From: Promethearchaeia archaeon
GTDB taxonomy: Archaea; Asgardarchaeota; Lokiarchaeia; Sigyniarchaeales; SOKP01
Length of the DNA stretch: 64,000 bases
Direction of reading: 5' to 3'
Assembly (NCBI GenBank): GCA_029856045.1
Contig: JAHQWG010000043.1
Coordinates: 55,153-119,152 of the forward strand
Part shown: positions 62,298-64,000 of the stretch, one piece after another
How the letters are laid out: each line of letters starts with the position of its first letter
How positions within the stretch are numbered: position 1 is the first letter of the stretch
Program-made: the position numbers and the translations under genes
The notes under the pieces: generated by a model
Told to the model about the DNA's origin: nothing
Seen by the model: only the letters and a program-made list of their open reading frames with translations
Databases searched by the model: none

Positions 62298-62837
62298 TTA
62301 TTTTTTGCCTTTATATTTTTCATAATACATAATTTTCTCAAGATTTTTCCGTGGAGTTGGTTCATAGTCTTTTTTAGCATATCCCAATGGAGTAATACCT
62401 ATAACTCTAAATTTATTTGGAATTTCTAAAATCTCTTTAATCTTCTTTTCATCAAAATATCCAATCCAACAGGTAACTAAACCTTCCGCAGTAGCAGCTA
62501 ATATTAAATGATCAAAACAAATGCCAAAATCAACCATAAAATATTGCAACCCACTCTTAGCATTTTGTCCAGAACCTCTTTCAGAAATTATTCCTACAAT
62601 AAATATAGGTGCTGACCTAAATTTGTTTCCCTGACCGATTGCTTGCCAAATATAATTTACCTTATCGGGTTCTCTAACAATAATATATTCTACTCCCTGC
62701 ATATTTGCCCAAGTAGGAGCTAATCTAGCAGTATCAATTATTTTTTCAACAACCTCTAAAGGAGGAATCTTTTCGGAAAAGGACCTAACACTTCTTCTCT
62801 TTTTAATCACTTCATAAAAATCCATTATATCTTTCAC
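62298..62837 (-). CDS. Nitroreductase-family protein
   Basis: IKKRRSVRSF, LAPTWANMQ, LAATAEGLVTCWIG, PLGY...RK. Confidence 0.95.
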   Translation of the reverse strand: MKDIMDFYEVIKKRRSVRSFSEKIPPLEVVEKIIDTARLAPTWANMQGVEYIIVREPDKVNYIWQAIGQGNKFRSAPIFIVGIISERGSGQNAKSGLQYFMVDFGICFDHLILAATAEGLVTCWIGYFDEKKIKEILEIPNKFRVIGITPLGYAKKDYEPTPRKNLEKIMYYEKYKGKK

Positions 62838-63530
62838 TCTCTTTTATGATTCTTAAAATAATTTATTTTTAGGTGATATGAATTACGATTTTTACAATTA
62901 ATTATTATGAATATTGAATTATATTTTAATCATTATTGAATTATTTACATAAACTTCCTTGTTAAATTATATACTCTAATTCATCCCATTTTATATGCTT
63001 TCAAAATTGATAATTATTATTAAATCCTTTAAAAATTCTTAAAAAAAAGGCTGTTTAAAATACATTTCACAACAAAAAGTAGTCATTTTCAAAAATCAGA
63101 TGTCTTTCTCTGGTTCCAACGAAACCATTTTCGATTAAAGCAAAAAAAATGCTTGAAATCTAAAATTTAAGAAGCTTGGGCATATATTATAACATTTTTT
63201 AATTTTTTATTTTTATCATATAAGTAATTTTATCATTTCCATAACGAAATATTTAAATAGTATTTATAAGAATAATACTATATTCAATATTAATAGAAAA
63301 AAGAATTTAAACATACAAAATATAGGTAAAATATTCGGAAATAAAAGTTGGGAAGATTGTGGGAAGTGGGAAAAAAAGCCTTTTTTGTCCCATTGCTACA
63401 AAATCGTTAAGAAAACATAGATATAATTATAAATATTGATGTTTTTCTTACAGAATAAGTTAAAAAATTTTCTATTTTCAAAAGATATTTTCCTTAATAT
63501 AATTGAAATAAATAAAAGGTACCCCCATCC

Positions 63531-64000
63531 ATGAGTGAAAATTATAGAGAGAGATTGAAAACTAAAGATACAATTGAAGACAAAAATGAAATCGAAACTT
63601 GTTGTGATAATCCTAATATCGAAGTTAGAGATGGAGATAAAGTATGCTTGAACTGCGGATTAACCTTCGGTAGAAATCTCGTAGGGAGTGAAAGAAGAGC
63701 TTATACCATTGAGGAAGTTCAAAAACGTAGGCGCACGGAGCCTAGATGGAGAGACTTTGGTCCACGTACAATGCTCCCGAACACCAAGACGGACTCCAAG
63801 GGCCGTGTGATTGGGGCAAAAGAACAAGCCTTATTTTCGCGATTATCAAAGATACAAAACTCATTAATCTCATCAATAGAGCGAAATTTTTGGGAAGCAA
63901 AACCTAAACTCAAAATGCTCGCATCTAAGATGAATATTCCGGAATATATTGTTGAAACTGCGTGGAAGATATATTCCGTGGTGGCTAGAAAGAAATTGAC
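63531..64000 (+). CDS. tfb: Transcription initiation factor IIB (TFB), runs off the window end
   Basis: Not in the track because there is no stop. Translation: MSENY...CCDNPNIEVRDGDKVCLNCG (Zn ribbon), ERRAYT, SIERNFWEA...MNIPEYIVETAWKIY (cyclin fold). Confidence 0.9.
   Translation, partial: MSENYRERLKTKDTIEDKNEIETCCDNPNIEVRDGDKVCLNCGLTFGRNLVGSERRAYTIEEVQKRRRTEPRWRDFGPRTMLPNTKTDSKGRVIGAKEQALFSRLSKIQNSLISSIERNFWEAKPKLKMLASKMNIPEYIVETAWKIYSVVARKKL

Noticed and set aside
63348-63372. G-quadruplex upstream of tfb
   Set aside because: Only three GGG tracts are present.
1-64000. Genome-wide UGA reassignment (genetic code 4/25)
   Set aside because: TGA is the normal stop of complete genes such as the acyl-CoA dehydrogenase and dnaK, and Trp is encoded by TGG. 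In-frame TGA is limited to known selenoprotein families.

Overview
AT-rich archaeal genomic DNA, most consistent with an Asgard archaeon (Lokiarchaeia-like). Support for this: archaeal uL16/L10e and TFB, GGTGA/GGAGG ribosome-binding sites, eukaryotic-signature proteins (Rag-like GTPase, arrestin-fold, longin, PCI-like) and eukaryote-type SECIS elements. The ORF track misses the main feature, which is selenocysteine recoding. hdrA (2027-3970, -) has four in-frame TGA, vhuD/mvhD (1536-2003, -) has two and selD (45341-46366, -) has one, all at conserved Cys/Sec positions. Two type-II-like SECIS hairpins (AUGA...AAA...GA) lie at 1468-1546 and 45262-45340. The first appears to serve six UGAs across two cistrons, and both carry an extra side hairpin. 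selD lies behind a LysR-DsrE-TusA cassette. Other content: two FrhB-family genes, a FrhB/Rag-GTPase/arrestin gene run, a TPR-GNAT-GNAT-ThiF-7TM cluster, acyl-CoA metabolism genes (including an isobutyryl-CoA-mutase-type B12 enzyme and a His-less acyl-CoA ligase homologue), a propeller-TM-TPR-appendage receptor-like protein, grpE/dnaK/dnaJ interrupted by catalase, a glycyl-radical enzyme/AOR/GPH-transporter cluster, a halocin-C8-like remnant and several gene scars. No rRNA, tRNA, CRISPR array or intact IS element was recognised. All family calls come from motif recognition by eye, not from database searches.
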